DNA from: Rhodocyclaceae bacterium UBA2250
GTDB taxonomy: Bacteria > Pseudomonadota > Gammaproteobacteria > Burkholderiales > Rhodocyclaceae
Reading direction: 5' to 3'
DNA: 64,000 nucleotides
Assembly (NCBI GenBank): GCA_002347285.1
Contig: DDXW01000042.1
Coordinates: 13,583-77,582 of the forward strand
Made by a program: the position numbers and the translations under genes. A model generated the notes under the pieces. The model was not told the DNA's origin and did no database searches. It worked only from the letters and a program-made list of their open reading frames with translations. This document shows, one piece after another, positions 1 through 12,687 of the stretch. Numbering within the stretch: the first letter of the stretch is position 1; every line of letters starts with the position of its first letter.

Positions 1-509
1 GCGTTCAATTTGCCACGGACGGAAGCGTCGATAACCTGGTCGCCCAGGGCAATGCGGACTCCGCCGATCAGTTCCGGCTCGACCTTGACGGAGGCCTTCA
101 CCTTGCCGCCGACCTTGCGCTCGAGATCGGCCAGCAGGTTGGCGAGCTGACCGTCGTTCAGCGGAAAAGCAGAGCTGACGACCGCTTCGCGCGTGCCCTC
201 CCGGGCGTTCTTGAGCTCGTCGAAAAGGACGCTGATTTCCGGCAGCACCGCCAGGCGGCGGTTGTCCACCAGCACGCCGGCGAAGTTGCGCTGCTCGGGC
301 GACAGCTCGCCCACCACGCCGAGAAACAGCTCGGCGAGCGCACCCGACGACACACGCGGATCGGCGATGCACTCGATCATCTGCGGGTCGGCCGCGGCCG
401 CGGCCATGCGCGCCAGCGCGGCCTGCCAGCCGGGCAGCGCGTTGCCCGCTTCGGCCAGCGCGAAGGCGGCCTCGGCATACGGACGCGCAACGGTGACGTT
501 CTCGGCCAT
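1..509 (-). CDS. atpH: F0F1 ATP synthase subunit delta (3' end runs off the window)
   Basis: Read by hand from ATG at 509: MAENVTVARPYAEAAF...LGDQVIDASVRGKLN; lies directly after atpF. Confidence 0.93.
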   Translation of the reverse strand, partial: MAENVTVARPYAEAAFALAEAGNALPGWQAALARMAAAAADPQMIECIADPRVSSGALAELFLGVVGELSPEQRNFAGVLVDNRRLAVLPEISVLFDELKNAREGTREAVVSSAFPLNDGQLANLLADLERKVGGKVKASVKVEPELIGGVRIALGDQVIDASVRGKLN

Positions 510-514
510 GATGA

Positions 515-985
515 TCAGAGTTCCGCTTTGAGCTGGTTGAGCAGGTCGGCGTGCTTGGCGGCGTCGATCTCCTTGCGGAGAATCTGCTCGGCGCCGGCGA
601 CAGCGAGCAGAGCCACCTGGTCGCGCAGGACTTCCTTGGCGCGCTGGGCGGCAACTTCCGCCTCGCCTTCTGCGGCAGTGCGCGCCGCGGCTACGATTCG
701 CGCCGCCTCGGCACGCGCCTCCTCGAGGATCTGCGCACCCTGGCGCTCGGCGCCGGCACGCAGCTCGTTGGCGCTCTCGCGCGCCTTGCGCAGCTCGTCG
801 GTGGCACGGCGCTCGGCCAGCACCAGATCGGATTTCGCCTTGTCCGCGGCCGCCAGTCCATCGGCGATCTTGGACGCACGTTCGTCGAGCGCCTTCATGA
901 TGGGCGGCCACACGAATTTCATCGTGAACCACGCCAGGATGAAGAACACAACGAGCTGGGCGAATAGCGTTGCGTTCAGATTCAC
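515..985 (-). CDS. atpF: ATP synthase subunit b
   Basis: [30 protein letters not shown]-terminal TM plus coiled coil; operon order. Confidence 0.97.
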   Translation of the reverse strand: MNLNATLFAQLVVFFILAWFTMKFVWPPIMKALDERASKIADGLAAADKAKSDLVLAERRATDELRKARESANELRAGAERQGAQILEEARAEAARIVAAARTAAEGEAEVAAQRAKEVLRDQVALLAVAGAEQILRKEIDAAKHADLLNQLKAEL

Positions 986-1030
986 GGTTCTCGCTCCTTC
1001 AAGCGTCGGTTGAACGTAGAGGGGCGCCGC

Positions 1031-1318
<288 letters not shown>

Positions 1319-1345
1319 TTAAGAAATTATTGCCAGATGTCCTGC

Positions 1346-2182
<837 letters not shown>

Positions 2183-2533
2183 CTAGGTCTTAAGCAGTAA
2201 AGCGAAAAGATTCACAAACAGCACGACGGACAAACCGGCGATCAGCGCCGGCCAATTCACTTCGATCATGCGCGGCAGGATCACCAGCAGCGCAATCACG
2301 GCGGACAGCTTGACGGCCTCGCCGACCAGGAACCCCACCGCACTCGGTTGCCGCGTCGCCGACGTTGCCAAGGCGAGGCGCAGACGCAGACGCAACACGA
2401 ACAGCAGGTTGGGCAGAAAGTAGGCCGCACCCCCGGCCAGCGCCGACTGCGCGCCCGCCGACCCCGCCAGCAAACCGGCAATCGCCGCCACCACCAGAAT
2501 CGCCGCCGCCTGGAACAGGAGCGCTTTCAGCAT
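2183..2533 (-). CDS. atpI: ATP synthase protein I
   Basis: Hydrophobic 116 aa ORF from ATG 2533 (MLKALLFQ...GEAVK), first gene of the atp operon. Confidence 0.8.
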   Translation of the reverse strand: MLKALLFQAAAILVVAAIAGLLAGSAGAQSALAGGAAYFLPNLLFVLRLRLRLALATSATRQPSAVGFLVGEAVKLSAVIALLVILPRMIEVNWPALIAGLSVVLFVNLFALLLKT

Positions 2534-2706
2534 CCCGCCAGCCCCGTTTCCGCACCGCTTCCCATCGCATCGCCCCGCGGCCGGACCGCCAGGCGACAAG
2601 CGTTACCGCACAAAACTTTGCGACTATAAATTGAACGGTGGGATAAGTCAATAAATTTATTGCTTCGCAACAATTTTATGGGCTCTCGCCGACCACGGGT
2701 TTGCGC

Positions 2707-2729
2707 GCCGCCCCGCCAGCGCCGAGTCT
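2707..2729 (-). repeat. 23-bp dispersed motif, 1 mismatch; directly after the parB stop
   Basis: Minus strand AGACTCGGCGCTGGCGGGGCGGC. Confidence 0.92.
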
Positions 2730-3581
2730 TCATCCGCGCAGGCGCTTGAGAATGCCGTCGAGCTGGTCGAGACTGGCGAAGCGGATGGTCAGGGCGCCCG
2801 CCCCCTTGCGGTTCGCGCTGACGTTTACGGTGGCGCCGATGGCATCGGACAACTCTTCCTCCAGCCGCTCGAGATCACGGCTCTTCGCTGGCACCGCATG
2901 GTGCGCCGGCGGGTTGAGTTCGCGCGCCACCTTGCGTTCGGTTTCGCGCACCGACCAGCCCTTGTCGGCCACCTCGGCCGCCAGCCTGCCCTGCTCGCTT
3001 TTCGGCGCGGCGAGGATCGCGCGCGCATGGCCCATCTCGATGTCGCCGGCCATCAGCAGATCCTGCGCCGGCTTGGCGAGCTGCAGCAGGCGCAGCAGGT
3101 TGGTCGCGGCCGAGCGCGAGCGGCCGACGGCATCCGCCGCCTGCTGGTGCGTCATGCCGAATTCATCGATGAGGCGTTGCAGGCCGGCCGCCTCCTCGAG
3201 CGGATTGAGATCCTCGCGCTGGATGTTCTCGATCAGCGACATCGCCAGCGCCGCATCGTCGGGAATCTCGCGGATCAGCACCGGCACCTCGCTCAGGCCG
3301 GCAATCTGCGAGGCACGCCAGCGTCGCTCGCCGGCGATGATCTCGTAGCGGCCGCCCGCGACGGGACGCACCGAGATCGGCTGGATCAGCCCTTGCGCCT
3401 TGATCGAGGCAGCCAGATCCTCGAGCGAGCCCGGATCCATGCGCGTGCGCGGCTGGTACTTGCCGGGCTGCAGGTCGCCGATCGGCAGGGTGCCCTGACG
3501 CTGCCGGTCCGCGGTCTCCTCGTTGCCGGCCAGCAATACGTCGAGCCCGCGGCCCAGGCCTTTCATCTTTGGCGGATTCAC
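2730..3581 (-). CDS. parB: ParB/Spo0J chromosome partitioning protein
   Basis: [34 protein letters not shown]; GTG start overlaps the parA stop. The longer ORF-track start is spurious. Confidence 0.96.
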   Translation of the reverse strand: MNPPKMKGLGRGLDVLLAGNEETADRQRQGTLPIGDLQPGKYQPRTRMDPGSLEDLAASIKAQGLIQPISVRPVAGGRYEIIAGERRWRASQIAGLSEVPVLIREIPDDAALAMSLIENIQREDLNPLEEAAGLQRLIDEFGMTHQQAADAVGRSRSAATNLLRLLQLAKPAQDLLMAGDIEMGHARAILAAPKSEQGRLAAEVADKGWSVRETERKVARELNPPAHHAVPAKSRDLERLEEELSDAIGATVNVSANRKGAGALTIRFASLDQLDGILKRLRG

Positions 3582-4357
3582 TGCTCCATCTCCCATGTCT
3601 TGACGCGTTCGATCATCTCCTCCGCGAAGGCCAGATAGGCCTGCGCCCCCTTGGCGTTCCGGTCGAACAAAACCCCCGGCACGCCGTAGCTCGGCGCCTC
3701 GGCGAGCCGCACGTTGCGCGGCACCAGGGTCTTGAACACCTTGTCGCCGAAGTGCTCCTCCAGCTGGCGGGACACCTGGTTCGACAGGGTCGAGCGCGGA
3801 TCGAACATCACGCGCAGCAGACCGATGATGCGCAGGTCGCGATTGAGGTTCTTGTGCACCTGCTTGATGGTGTTGACCAGGTCGGACAGCCCTTCCAGCG
3901 CATAGTATTCGCATTGCATCGGAATGATCACGCCATGCGCCGCACACAGGCCGTTGAGGGTCAGGATCGACAGCGAGGGCGGGCAATCGATCAGCACGAA
4001 GTCGTATTCGTCGGCATGCCGGGCGAGCGCTTGCTTGAGGCGCTGCTCGCGCCGCTCGAGGTCGACCATCTCCACCTCAGCCGCGGCCAGGTCGCGATTG
4101 GCAGGCAGCACGGCGTACTGGCCGCTCGGGGACATCGCCCGCACCTCGGGCATGGTCGCCAGCCCGACCAGCATCTGATAGATCGAAGCGGACAGCGTGC
4201 GCTTATCGACGCCGCTGCCCATGGTCGCATTGCCCTGGGGATCGAGATCGACCAACAGCGTGCGCTGCCCGGCCTGCGCCAGCGCGGCGGCTAGGTTGAC
4301 CGCCGTCGTGGTCTTGCCCACTCCGCCCTTCTGGTTGGCTATGGCAAATATGTGCAT
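3578..4357 (-). CDS. parA: ParA/Soj partitioning ATPase
   Basis: NQKGGVGKTTT deviant Walker A, DLDPQGN, DCPPSL, RNVRLAEAPSYG. Confidence 0.97.
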   Translation of the reverse strand: MHIFAIANQKGGVGKTTTAVNLAAALAQAGQRTLLVDLDPQGNATMGSGVDKRTLSASIYQMLVGLATMPEVRAMSPSGQYAVLPANRDLAAAEVEMVDLERREQRLKQALARHADEYDFVLIDCPPSLSILTLNGLCAAHGVIIPMQCEYYALEGLSDLVNTIKQVHKNLNRDLRIIGLLRVMFDPRSTLSNQVSRQLEEHFGDKVFKTLVPRNVRLAEAPSYGVPGVLFDRNAKGAQAYLAFAEEMIERVKTWEMEQ

Positions 4358-4362
4358 GCTCA

Positions 4363-4989
4363 CTATCTCTCCAATTCAAGCAAACAACGTGCGGCCTGCA
4401 GCCCGGGAACGTCCAGATCATGGCACGCTACCATCTTCCAGCCCGCCGGCAAGGCCGCGACCTCGTCGGCAGGATACGCCCCCTTCATCGCCCACAGGCG
4501 CCGCGACAGGTGGCCGGCCAGACACACGAAATCGGACAGGCTGGCGAACGCCCGGGCCAGGACGCCATCGAAATCTCCGACCATGTCTTCGACACGCCCA
4601 GAGTAAATGCTCACATTTGTCAAGTTCAGTTCGATCCTGGCCTGCTGCTGGAACGCCGCTTTCTTTTCGACGCTTTCGACCGAGGTGATCGACCAGTCGG
4701 GCCGCGCGATCGCCAGCACCAGCCCGGGCAGGCCGGCGCCGCTGCCGATGTCGGCGAGGCGATAGGGCCGCCCCGCCAGCGCCGAATCTTGCGCGGCTCG
4801 CGCCAGCACCGGCAGCACGGCGAGCGAGTCGAGCAGATGATGAGTCACCATCTCGCCGGGGTCGCGGATCGCCGTCAGATTGTAGACCTTGTTCCATTTG
4901 GCGAGCAGCGCCAGGTAGGCGAGCAGTTTCCCTTCCGCTCCGGCCGGCAGTTCGAGGCCGAGGACGGCGATGCCTTCCGCCAGCGTCAT
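4363..4989 (-). CDS. rsmG: 16S rRNA m7G527 methyltransferase
   Basis: [28 protein letters not shown]; follows mnmG. Confidence 0.96.
   Translation of the reverse strand: MTLAEGIAVLGLELPAGAEGKLLAYLALLAKWNKVYNLTAIRDPGEMVTHHLLDSLAVLPVLARAAQDSALAGRPYRLADIGSGAGLPGLVLAIARPDWSITSVESVEKKAAFQQQARIELNLTNVSIYSGRVEDMVGDFDGVLARAFASLSDFVCLAGHLSRRLWAMKGAYPADEVAALPAGWKMVACHDLDVPGLQAARCLLELER
4767..4789 (-). repeat. 23-bp dispersed motif, 2 mismatches; inside rsmG
   Basis: Minus strand AGATTCGGCGCTGGCGGGGCGGC, read as D-S-A-L-A-G-R. Confidence 0.88.
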
Positions 4990-6866
4990 CCCCTCCCCCG
5001 CAGCTTTTTCAGATGGACGAGCAGGATCGAGATCGCCGCTGGCGTCACGCCCTGGATGCGGCTGGCCTGCCCGACGGTCTGCGGCCGATGCTGGGCGAGC
5101 CGTTGCCGGACCTCGAACGACAGGCCGTTGAGCTGCGCGTAATCGAGATCGGGCGGAATGAGCAGGTTCTCCTGCGCCGCCATCCTCGCCACGTCCTCCT
5201 TCTGCCGCTCGATATAGCCGTGGTATTTGGCCTGGATGTCGACCTGCTCGATCACGTCAGCTGCCGTGAGGACGGCGCCGGCACCGGGCAGGGTCATGAG
5301 GCTCTGGTAACTCACTTCCGGACGGCGCAGCAGATCGAACAGCGAGTACTCGCGCTCGATCGGCTTGCCGAGCACGCGCTCGATCTCGTGCATCGCCACG
5401 ACATTGGGATTGACCCAGGTCCGCTTGAGCCGCTCGACTTCCGCCGCGACCGCATCCCTTTTCCGGTTGAACGCATCCCAGCGGACATCGTCGACCAGGC
5501 CGAGCCGGCGCCCGATCTCGGTCAGGCGCAAATCGGCGTTGTCCTCGCGCAGTGAGAGCCGGTACTCGGCGCGACTGGTGAACATGCGGTAGGGTTCCGA
5601 AACCCCGCGCGTGATCAGGTCATCGACCAGCACGCCGAGGTAGGCCTCGTCGCGGCGCGGCCACCATTCCTCCCGCCCATGGGCATGCAAGGCGGCGTTC
5701 AGGCCCGCCAGCAGGCCCTGGGCGGCCGCCTCCTCGTAGCCGGTGGTGCCGTTGATCTGGCCGGCGAAGAACAGTCCACCGATCGCCTGCGTTTCGAGCG
5801 TCGCCCTGAGCGCGCGCGGGTCGAAATAGTCGTACTCGATCGCGTAGCCCGGGCGGGTGATGTGGCAGTTCTCCAGCCCCCGGATCGAATGCACCAGTTC
5901 GAGCTGGACGTCGAACGGCAGGCTGGTCGAAATCCCCTGCGGGTAGTACTCGTGGGTGTCGAGGCCTTCGGGTTCGAGAAAGACCTGATGGGAATCCTTG
6001 CCGGCGAAGCGATGGATCTTGTCCTCGATCGAGGGGCAATAGCGCGGGCCGATGCCTTCGATCACGCCGGTGAACATCGGCGAGCGGTCGAGCCCGCCGC
6101 GGATGATGTCGTGCGTACGTGGATTCGTGTGGGTGATCCAGCACGGTACCTGGCGCGGATGCTGCGCCGGCTTGCCGAGAAAGGAAAACACCGGCACCGG
6201 CGCGTCGCCCGGTTGTTCCTGCATCACCGAGAAATCGATGGTCTTGCCGTCGAGCCGCGGCGGCGTCCCGGTCTTGAGCCGGCCGACCGGCAGGTTCAGT
6301 TCGCGCAGGCGCGCCCCTAGGGACAGCGAAGGCGGGTCGCCGAAGCGGCCGGCCCGATAGTTTTCCAGACCGACATGGACGAGGCCGTTGAGGAAGGTGC
6401 CGGCCGTCAGCACGACCGCCGTCGCCGCAAAGCGCACGCCCAGTTGCGTGACCACCCCGGTGACCCGGTCGCCCTCGACGGTGATGTCGTCCGCCGCCTG
6501 CTGAAAGATGGTCAGGTTCGGCTGGTTCTCGAGCCGCCCGCGGATCGCCTGGCGATAGAGCGAACGGTCGGCCTGTGCGCGCGTCGCGCGCACCGCCGGG
6601 CCCTTCGACGCGTTGAGGATGCGGAACTGGATGCCGGCCTCGTCGGTCGCCGCCGCCATCGCCCCGCCGAGCGCATCGACCTCCTTGACCAGATGACCCT
6701 TGCCGATGCCGCCGATCGACGGATTGCAGGACATCGCGCCGAGCGTCTCGATGTTGTGCGTCAGCAGCAGCGTCTTCACCCCCAGCCGTGCGGCGGCAAG
6801 CGCCGCCTCGGTGCCGGCATGGCCGCCGCCGATCACGATGACGTCAAAACGCTCGGGATAGATCAT
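4986..6866 (-). CDS. mnmG: tRNA uridine-5-carboxymethylaminomethyl(34) synthesis enzyme
   Basis: [50 protein letters not shown]. Confidence 0.98.
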   Translation of the reverse strand: MIYPERFDVIVIGGGHAGTEAALAAARLGVKTLLLTHNIETLGAMSCNPSIGGIGKGHLVKEVDALGGAMAAATDEAGIQFRILNASKGPAVRATRAQADRSLYRQAIRGRLENQPNLTIFQQAADDITVEGDRVTGVVTQLGVRFAATAVVLTAGTFLNGLVHVGLENYRAGRFGDPPSLSLGARLRELNLPVGRLKTGTPPRLDGKTIDFSVMQEQPGDAPVPVFSFLGKPAQHPRQVPCWITHTNPRTHDIIRGGLDRSPMFTGVIEGIGPRYCPSIEDKIHRFAGKDSHQVFLEPEGLDTHEYYPQGISTSLPFDVQLELVHSIRGLENCHITRPGYAIEYDYFDPRALRATLETQAIGGLFFAGQINGTTGYEEAAAQGLLAGLNAALHAHGREEWWPRRDEAYLGVLVDDLITRGVSEPYRMFTSRAEYRLSLREDNADLRLTEIGRRLGLVDDVRWDAFNRKRDAVAAEVERLKRTWVNPNVVAMHEIERVLGKPIEREYSLFDLLRRPEVSYQSLMTLPGAGAVLTAADVIEQVDIQAKYHGYIERQKEDVARMAAQENLLIPPDLDYAQLNGLSFEVRQRLAQHRPQTVGQASRIQGVTPAAISILLVHLKKLRGRG

Positions 6867-6870
6867 TTAA

Positions 6871-6893
6871 AAACTCGGTGCTGACAGGGCGGC
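6871..6893 (+). repeat. 23-bp dispersed motif, 3 mismatches; 4 nt upstream of the mnmG start
   Basis: AAACTCGGTGCTGACAGGGCGGC. Confidence 0.82.
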
Positions 6894-6951
6894 CGGGAAA
6901 GGGGCGCAATCATACGCCGCCATTCCCTTTCAGCCAAAAAAACGCTTCGGA

Positions 6952-6967
6952 TGTTTCACGTGGAACC
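6952..6967. promoter_or_regulatory. parS site 1 (TGTTTCACGTGGAACC)
   Basis: Near-match to the bacterial parS consensus TGTTNCACGTGAAACA, about 3 kb from parAB. Confidence 0.88.
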
Positions 6968-6978
6968 GGCCCCGCTCT

Positions 6979-6994
6979 GGTTCCACGTGAAACA
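6979..6994. promoter_or_regulatory. parS site 2 (GGTTCCACGTGAAACA)
   Basis: Exact reverse complement of site 1, 11 bp away; abuts the livF stop. Confidence 0.88.
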
Positions 6995-7744
6995 TCAATG
7001 TTGGCCGCCGCCGAGGCCGAGATAGCTCTCAATCACCTTGGGATCGTCCTCGAGCTGAGCGGAAGCCCCTTCGAGCGCGACCTCGCCGGTCTCCAACACG
7101 TAGCCGTAATCGGAGATCTGCAGGGCGGCGCGCGCGTTCTGCTCGATCAGCAGGATCGCCACGCCGGTCTGGCGGAGGTCGCCGATGACGCGGAAGATCT
7201 CGCGCACGATCAGCGGGGCCAGGCCGAGGCTCGGTTCGTCGAGCATGAGAATCTTCGGCTGTGCCATCAGGGCGCGTCCGACCGCCAGCATCTGGCGCTC
7301 GCCGCCGGACAGGGTACCGGCCATCTGCCGCTCGCGCTCCTTGAGGCGCGGAAAGATCTCATAGACCTGCGCCAGCGTCTGGCGCTCGTCGCGAAAGCCG
7401 AGCCGGCGGCGCATGAAGGCGCCGAGCAGGAGGTTGTCCTCGACGCTCATCTCACCGAACAGCTCGCGCTTCTCGGGCACCAGCGTCATGCCACGCGCCA
7501 CCATCCGCTCGATGTCGATATGACGGCAGGTCTCGCCCTGATAGCGAATCTCGCCGCGGCTGAGCGGCAGCACGCCCATGATCGCCGAGAGCAGGGTCGT
7601 CTTGCCGGCGCCGTTCGGACCGATCACGGTGACGATCTCGCCCGGCCGCACCTTGAGGGAAACGTGGTGCAGCGCCTCGACCTTGCCGTAGGAAACGCAG
7701 AGGTCGCTCACCTCGAGGATGGGTTCGCGGTTCGATGCGCTCAT
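6995..7744 (-). CDS. livF: Branched-chain amino acid-type ABC transporter ATPase
   Basis: GPNGAGKTT, LSGGERQML, LDEPSLGLAP; start taken at ATG 7744. Confidence 0.9.
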   Translation of the reverse strand: MSASNREPILEVSDLCVSYGKVEALHHVSLKVRPGEIVTVIGPNGAGKTTLLSAIMGVLPLSRGEIRYQGETCRHIDIERMVARGMTLVPEKRELFGEMSVEDNLLLGAFMRRRLGFRDERQTLAQVYEIFPRLKERERQMAGTLSGGERQMLAVGRALMAQPKILMLDEPSLGLAPLIVREIFRVIGDLRQTGVAILLIEQNARAALQISDYGYVLETGEVALEGASAQLEDDPKVIESYLGLGGGQH

Positions 7745-7745
7745 C

Positions 7746-9539
7746 TCAATCGACTCCACCCAGATAAGCCTCGATCACCGCCGGGTCGCTCTGCACCTCG
7801 CGCGGCAGGCCGGCGGCGATCTTCTTGCCGAACTCCATCACGACGACGCGGTCGGCCAGATCCATGACGAACTCCATGTCGTGCTCCACCAGCAGGATGC
7901 CCATGCCACCGGCGCGCAGCTGCCTGAGCAGTTCCGCCAGCGACCGTTTTTCGAGGAAGCGCAGCCCGGCCGCCGGCTCGTCGAGCAGCAGCAGGCAGGG
8001 ATCGGCGGCGAGCGCCCGCGCGATCTCGACGATGCGCTGCTTGCCGAGCGGCAGGCTGCCGGCCGCATCGTGGAGATGCTCACCGAGGCCGACCCGCGCG
8101 CATTGGCGCGCCGCCTCCGCCAGCAGACGCCCCTCCTCCGCACGCTCGAGATGGAGCATCGCGGCCGGGACGCCATGCCGGCCGCGCAGGTGCGCGCCAA
8201 GCGCGACATTCTCCAGCACGCTCATGCCTGGCAGCAGGCGCACGTGCTGGAAGGTGCGGCTCATGCCCATGCGGGCAATGGCACGCGAACTGCGGCCATC
8301 GACGCGCTCGCCGAGAAAGCGGACTTCACCCGAAGTGGGCGGATCGACGCCGGTGATCAGGTTGAACAGCGTCGACTTGCCCGCCCCGTTGGGGCCAATC
8401 AGCGCCAGAATCTCGCCGCTCGCCACGCCGAGACTCATCCGGTCGTTCGCCACGAGACCGCCGAACTGCTTGACCGCATCCTTGACCTCCAGGAGAGGCG
8501 TCCCGGCCGGCGGCACCGCACGCGCCGGCAAGGGCTCCGCGGCAAACTCGGCGCTGGCGGGGCGGCGCGCGGACGCCGGGAACCAGCGCGTCAGCCAGGG
8601 CCACAGCCCCTCGCGCGCCCGATGCAGCATGAAGATCATCAGCAGTCCGAAGCCGATCACCTCGAAGTTGCCGGTGGCGCCGAACAGTTGCGGCAGCAGA
8701 TCCTGCAGCCATTGCTTGAGCACGGTGATCACCGCGGCGCCGAGCAGCGCGCCCCAGACGTGGGCGGCGCCGCCGATCACCGCCATGAACAGGTATTCGA
8801 TGCCGATGTGCAGGCCGAAGGGCGTCGGATTGACGAAGCGCTGGAGGTGGGCGTAAAGCCAGCCGGAAAGGCAGGCGAACAGGGCGGCGATCAGGAAGAT
8901 GACCATCTTGGCGCGGCCGGTGTCGATGCCCATCGCCTCGGCCATCAACGCACCGCCCTTGAGTGCGCGGATCGCGCGGCCGGCACGCGAGTCGAGCAGG
9001 TTGCTGGTCAGCCACACCGCGGCGAGCAGCACCACCCAGATCAGGTAGTAGAAATGGCGGCCGTCGCGCAACTCGAAACCGCCGAAGCGCAATGGCGGTA
9101 TGCCGCTGATGCCGGTATGGCCGCCGAGGAACTCGAGGTTGCCGAACAGGAAATACAGCGAGATGCCCCAGGCGATCGTGCCGAGCGGCAGATAGTGCCC
9201 CGACAGGCGCAAGGTGAGCAGGCCGAGCAACAGGGCGACCAGCGCGGTCAGCAGCAGCCCCGCGAGCAGGCCGCCCCAAGGGTTGGCCAGCGGCGCCAGC
9301 CAAGCCGGCAAGGCTGTCGCCGTGGTCAGCGCCGCGGTCGCATAGGCGCCCAGACCGACGAAAGCCGCCTGGCCGAAGGAGGTCAGCCCGCCGACGCCGG
9401 TCAGCAGCACCAGACCGAGCGCCACCAGCGCGTAGAGGCCGATGTAATTGAGCAGCGTGATGTAGAACTCGGGCAGGACGAGCGGACCAAGCGCCAGCAG
9501 CGCTAGGGCGACGCCGAGGATTAGGCGCTGGCGGCTCAC
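7746..9539 (-). CDS. Fused LivM-type permease / LivG-type ATPase
   Basis: N-terminal permease ([18 protein letters not shown]) and C-terminal [16 protein letters not shown]; GTG start 9539. Confidence 0.9.
   Translation of the reverse strand: MSRQRLILGVALALLALGPLVLPEFYITLLNYIGLYALVALGLVLLTGVGGLTSFGQAAFVGLGAYATAALTTATALPAWLAPLANPWGGLLAGLLLTALVALLLGLLTLRLSGHYLPLGTIAWGISLYFLFGNLEFLGGHTGISGIPPLRFGGFELRDGRHFYYLIWVVLLAAVWLTSNLLDSRAGRAIRALKGGALMAEAMGIDTGRAKMVIFLIAALFACLSGWLYAHLQRFVNPTPFGLHIGIEYLFMAVIGGAAHVWGALLGAAVITVLKQWLQDLLPQLFGATGNFEVIGFGLLMIFMLHRAREGLWPWLTRWFPASARRPASAEFAAEPLPARAVPPAGTPLLEVKDAVKQFGGLVANDRMSLGVASGEILALIGPNGAGKSTLFNLITGVDPPTSGEVRFLGERVDGRSSRAIARMGMSRTFQHVRLLPGMSVLENVALGAHLRGRHGVPAAMLHLERAEEGRLLAEAARQCARVGLGEHLHDAAGSLPLGKQRIVEIARALAADPCLLLLDEPAAGLRFLEKRSLAELLRQLRAGGMGILLVEHDMEFVMDLADRVVVMEFGKKIAAGLPREVQSDPAVIEAYLGGVD
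8544..8566 (+). repeat. 23-bp dispersed motif, exact; in the LivM-LivG linker
   Basis: AAACTCGGCGCTGGCGGGGCGGC, antisense to the gene, read as R-P-A-S-A-E-F. Confidence 0.95.
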
Positions 9540-10570
9540 TCCTCTTCCTCCACGTAGCGGGTCGTCAGCGAGCGCCACACCAGCACCGGGATGATCAGGG
9601 TGAATACGATCACCTCCTTGAAGGCGGAGGCCCAGAAGGAGGAAAAGGACTCGAGCAGGCCGACCAGCAGCGCCCCGGCCGCCGCTACCGGATAGCTGGC
9701 CAGTCCGCCGACGATGGCGCCGACGAAGCCCTTAAGGCCGACCAGGAAGCCGGTGTCGTAGTAGATCGTCGTGATCGGCGCGATCAGGATGCCAGACAGT
9801 GCGCCGATCGCCGCGGCGAGCAGGAAGGTCAGCTTGCCGGCCAGCGTGGTCGAGATGCCCATCAGGCGGGCGCCGGCGCGGTTGATCGCCGTCGCGCGCA
9901 AGGCCTTGCCGTAGAGGCTCTTCTCGAAGAAGACGTACAGCGCGACGATCAGCAGCGCGCTGGCGCCGATCACCCACAGGCTCTGGCCGCTCACCGTCAG
10001 TCCGCCGACCTCGAAGGAGGCCTCGGAGAATGCCGGCGTGCGCGAACCCTCGGCGCCGAAGAACAACAGGCCGAGCCCGACCAGCGCCAGGTGCAGCGCC
10101 ACCGAGACGATCAGCAGGACCAGCACCGAGGCCTCGGCGACCGGCTGGTAGATGAGGCGATAGAGCTGCGGCCCGAGCGGCACGACGATGACCAGCGCCA
10201 GCGCCACCTGCAGCAGCACCGGCCAGTCGCGCGGCGCGGCGCCGAGCACCAGCGCCGCAATGACAAATGGATAGAGAAGCTGGCGGCCGAGCAAGCCGGC
10301 GAGACGGCGGCGGCCCTGACGCCAGGCGGCCGGCCCGTCGATGGCGGCGACCGCCGCGCCGAGCACCAGCATCAGCCACAACGTGCCCGGCGCATGGCCC
10401 GCCTGCAGGCTGACGAGCGTCAACGCGCCATAGGCGACGAACTCGCCCTGCGGGATGAAGATGACCCGGGTCACGGCGAACACCAGCACCAGCGCGAGCG
10501 CCAGCAGCGCATAGATGGCGCCATTGACGACACCGTCCTGGCCGAGCAGCAGGGCGATTTGCAGATCCAT
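9536..10570 (-). CDS. livH: LivH-type ABC permease
   Basis: [35 protein letters not shown]. Confidence 0.88.
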   Translation of the reverse strand: MDLQIALLLGQDGVVNGAIYALLALALVLVFAVTRVIFIPQGEFVAYGALTLVSLQAGHAPGTLWLMLVLGAAVAAIDGPAAWRQGRRRLAGLLGRQLLYPFVIAALVLGAAPRDWPVLLQVALALVIVVPLGPQLYRLIYQPVAEASVLVLLIVSVALHLALVGLGLLFFGAEGSRTPAFSEASFEVGGLTVSGQSLWVIGASALLIVALYVFFEKSLYGKALRATAINRAGARLMGISTTLAGKLTFLLAAAIGALSGILIAPITTIYYDTGFLVGLKGFVGAIVGGLASYPVAAAGALLVGLLESFSSFWASAFKEVIVFTLIIPVLVWRSLTTRYVEEEE

Positions 10571-10641
10571 CGGATACCTTTACAAACGACAAGGGCGCCC
10601 GCTCATGGAAGGGGGCGCCCTTGCTCCAGAGAGGCCGGATT

Positions 10642-11793
10642 CTACTGGATCAGCTTCCAGTCGCCATTCTCGATCTTCACCATCACGCGGGCGCGCTGGT
10701 CGAAACCGAGATGGTCTTGGGCGGACATGTTGACGATGCCGTGGCTGACGGTGACGTTCTTCAGGCCCTCCAGGGCGTCGCGCAGGGCCGCCTTGAATTC
10801 CTTGCTGCCGGGCTTGGCCTTCTTCAGCGCGACGGGCACGGCATTCTGCAGGAGGATGCCCGCATCCCAGGCATGGGCGCCGAAGGTCGAGGTGTTGCCC
10901 TTGCCGTGGGCCGCCTCGTATTTGGCCGTGTAGTCGAGCGCGACCTTCTTGATCGGGTTGCTGCCGGGCAGCTGCGCGGCGACCAGCACCGGGCCGGCGG
11001 GCAGGAAGGTGCCTTCGCAGTCCTTGCCGCAGACCCGCAGGAAGTCCTTGTTGGCGACGCCGTGGGTCTGGTAGTAGGCGCCCTTGTAGCCCTTCTCCCT
11101 GAGCGTCTTCTGCGGCAGCGCGGCGGGCGTGCCGGCGCCGGCGATCAGGACGGCATCCGGCTTGGTGGCCATGACCTTCAGCACCTGGCCGGTCACCGAG
11201 GTGTCGGCGCGGTTGTAGCGCTCGTTGGCGACGATGGCGAGCTTGCGCGCCTCGGCGATCTTGGCGAACTCGCGGTACCAGCCCTCGCCGTAGGCGTCGG
11301 CGAAACCGATGAAGGCGACCGTCTTCACGCCGGCATTAATCATGTGCTCGACGATCGCAGTCGACATCTGCACGTCGTTCTGCGGCGTCTTGAAGACCCA
11401 GCGGCGCTTGGCATCGACCGGATCGACGATGGCGGCCGATGCGGCCATCGAGATCATCGGCGTCGCCGCCTCGGCGGCGACGTCGACCATGGCCAGCGAG
11501 TTCGGCGTGATGGAGGAGCCGACGATGACGTCCACCTTGTCCTCGGTGAGCAGCTTGCGGGTATTCTTCACCGCCGTCGTCGTGTCGGTCGCGTCGTCGA
11601 GGATGATGTAGTTGATCTTCTCGCCGCCGATGCTGGTCGGCATCAGGGCGAAGGTGTTCTTCTCGGGGATGCCGAGCGAGGCGGCCGGGCCGGTGGCCGA
11701 CACGACGACGCCGACGTTGAGGTCGGCCAGCGCCGGCGTGGCGCAGACGGCGGCAACGGCGGCGGCAAGCAATGACTTGGAAACCTTCTTCAT
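10642..11793 (-). CDS. LivK/LivJ-family periplasmic substrate-binding protein
   Basis: Signal peptide, SATGPAASLG, LDDATD; substrate cannot be assigned. Confidence 0.88.
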   Translation of the reverse strand: MKKVSKSLLAAAVAAVCATPALADLNVGVVVSATGPAASLGIPEKNTFALMPTSIGGEKINYIILDDATDTTTAVKNTRKLLTEDKVDVIVGSSITPNSLAMVDVAAEAATPMISMAASAAIVDPVDAKRRWVFKTPQNDVQMSTAIVEHMINAGVKTVAFIGFADAYGEGWYREFAKIAEARKLAIVANERYNRADTSVTGQVLKVMATKPDAVLIAGAGTPAALPQKTLREKGYKGAYYQTHGVANKDFLRVCGKDCEGTFLPAGPVLVAAQLPGSNPIKKVALDYTAKYEAAHGKGNTSTFGAHAWDAGILLQNAVPVALKKAKPGSKEFKAALRDALEGLKNVTVSHGIVNMSAQDHLGFDQRARVMVKIENGDWKLIQ

Positions 11794-11877
11794 GGGCTCC
11801 TCCCGGGGTTGTTGGTGAGTTGGGTTGCGGGAAGGCCGGAATTTAACATCGGCCGCCCGCGCCGTCCACGCGCCGGC

Positions 11878-12657
11878 TCACACTCGGGATGACAGCGTGT
11901 CCCAGCCGATCTTGACGATCAGCAGCGTCGTCATGACGAGAAACACCGCGCGCACGAAGCCGCTGCCATGGCGGATCGCCAGCCGGCTGCCGAGCTGGGC
12001 GCCGGCGATGTTGCAGACCGCCATGCCGAGGCCGAGCGCCCACAGCAGGTGTCCCTGCGGCGCGAACAGCAGCAGCGCGCCGGCATTGGTGGCGGCATTG
12101 ACGATCTTGGCGGTTGCCGAGGCGTGCAGGAAGTCCATGCCGTAGAGGCGCACGAAGGCGAAGATCATGAAGCTGCCCGCCCCCGGCCCGAAGAAGCCGT
12201 CGTAGAAGCCGAGCAGCGCGCCGACGCCGATCGCGACCGCACGCGTGCGATGCGCCGGCACCCGCGACACGCCCTTGCGCACGCCGAAATCCGGCTTGGT
12301 CCAGGTGTACACGGCCACCGCCGCCAGCAGCACGAGCACCAGCGGCCGCACCACCTCCTTGGGCAGCCAGGCCACCGTCACGGCGCCGACGAAGGAAAAC
12401 AGGAAGGCGGTGCCGGCCGCCGGCAGCGTCACCGCCCAATCCATCTCGACCGCACGCAGGTAGCGGCGCGCGGCGTTCATGGTGCCGAAGATCGAAGCGA
12501 GTTTGTTAGTGCCGAACAGCGTCGCCGGCGCTTCGCGCGGCAGGGCCGCGAACAGGGCCGGCACCTGGATCAGCCCGCCGCCGCCGGCCACCGCATCGAC
12601 GAAACCGGCGAAGGCCGCGGCGAGCAGCAGCGCCAGCCAGGTGGGATCGATCGCCAT
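11878..12657 (-). CDS. TSUP (TauE/SafE) family membrane transporter
   Basis: AGFVDAVAGGGGLIQVP, GTNKLAS, GFYDGFFGPGAG. Confidence 0.9.
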   Translation of the reverse strand: MAIDPTWLALLLAAAFAGFVDAVAGGGGLIQVPALFAALPREAPATLFGTNKLASIFGTMNAARRYLRAVEMDWAVTLPAAGTAFLFSFVGAVTVAWLPKEVVRPLVLVLLAAVAVYTWTKPDFGVRKGVSRVPAHRTRAVAIGVGALLGFYDGFFGPGAGSFMIFAFVRLYGMDFLHASATAKIVNAATNAGALLLFAPQGHLLWALGLGMAVCNIAGAQLGSRLAIRHGSGFVRAVFLVMTTLLIVKIGWDTLSSRV

Positions 12658-12664
12658 GCCGTCC

Positions 12665-12687
12665 GCCGCCCCGTCAGCGCCGAGTTT
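12665..12687 (-). repeat. 23-bp dispersed motif, 1 mismatch; directly after the mnmE stop
   Basis: Minus strand AAACTCGGCGCTGACGGGGCGGC. Confidence 0.92.

Noticed and set aside
2428-2450. Partial motif hits such as TCGGCGCTGGCC in atpI and CGGCGCTGGCG in gyrB, ampG, the aminotransferase, nnrS and feoB
   Set aside because: Only 11-13 GC-rich bases match and are explained by common Ala-Leu-Ala codons; the AAAC and RGGCGGC ends are absent.
7746-9539. LivM-LivG fusion and the liv cluster between mnmG and mnmE
   Set aside because: Permease-ATPase fusions are common in this transporter family; only the motif in the linker is notable.
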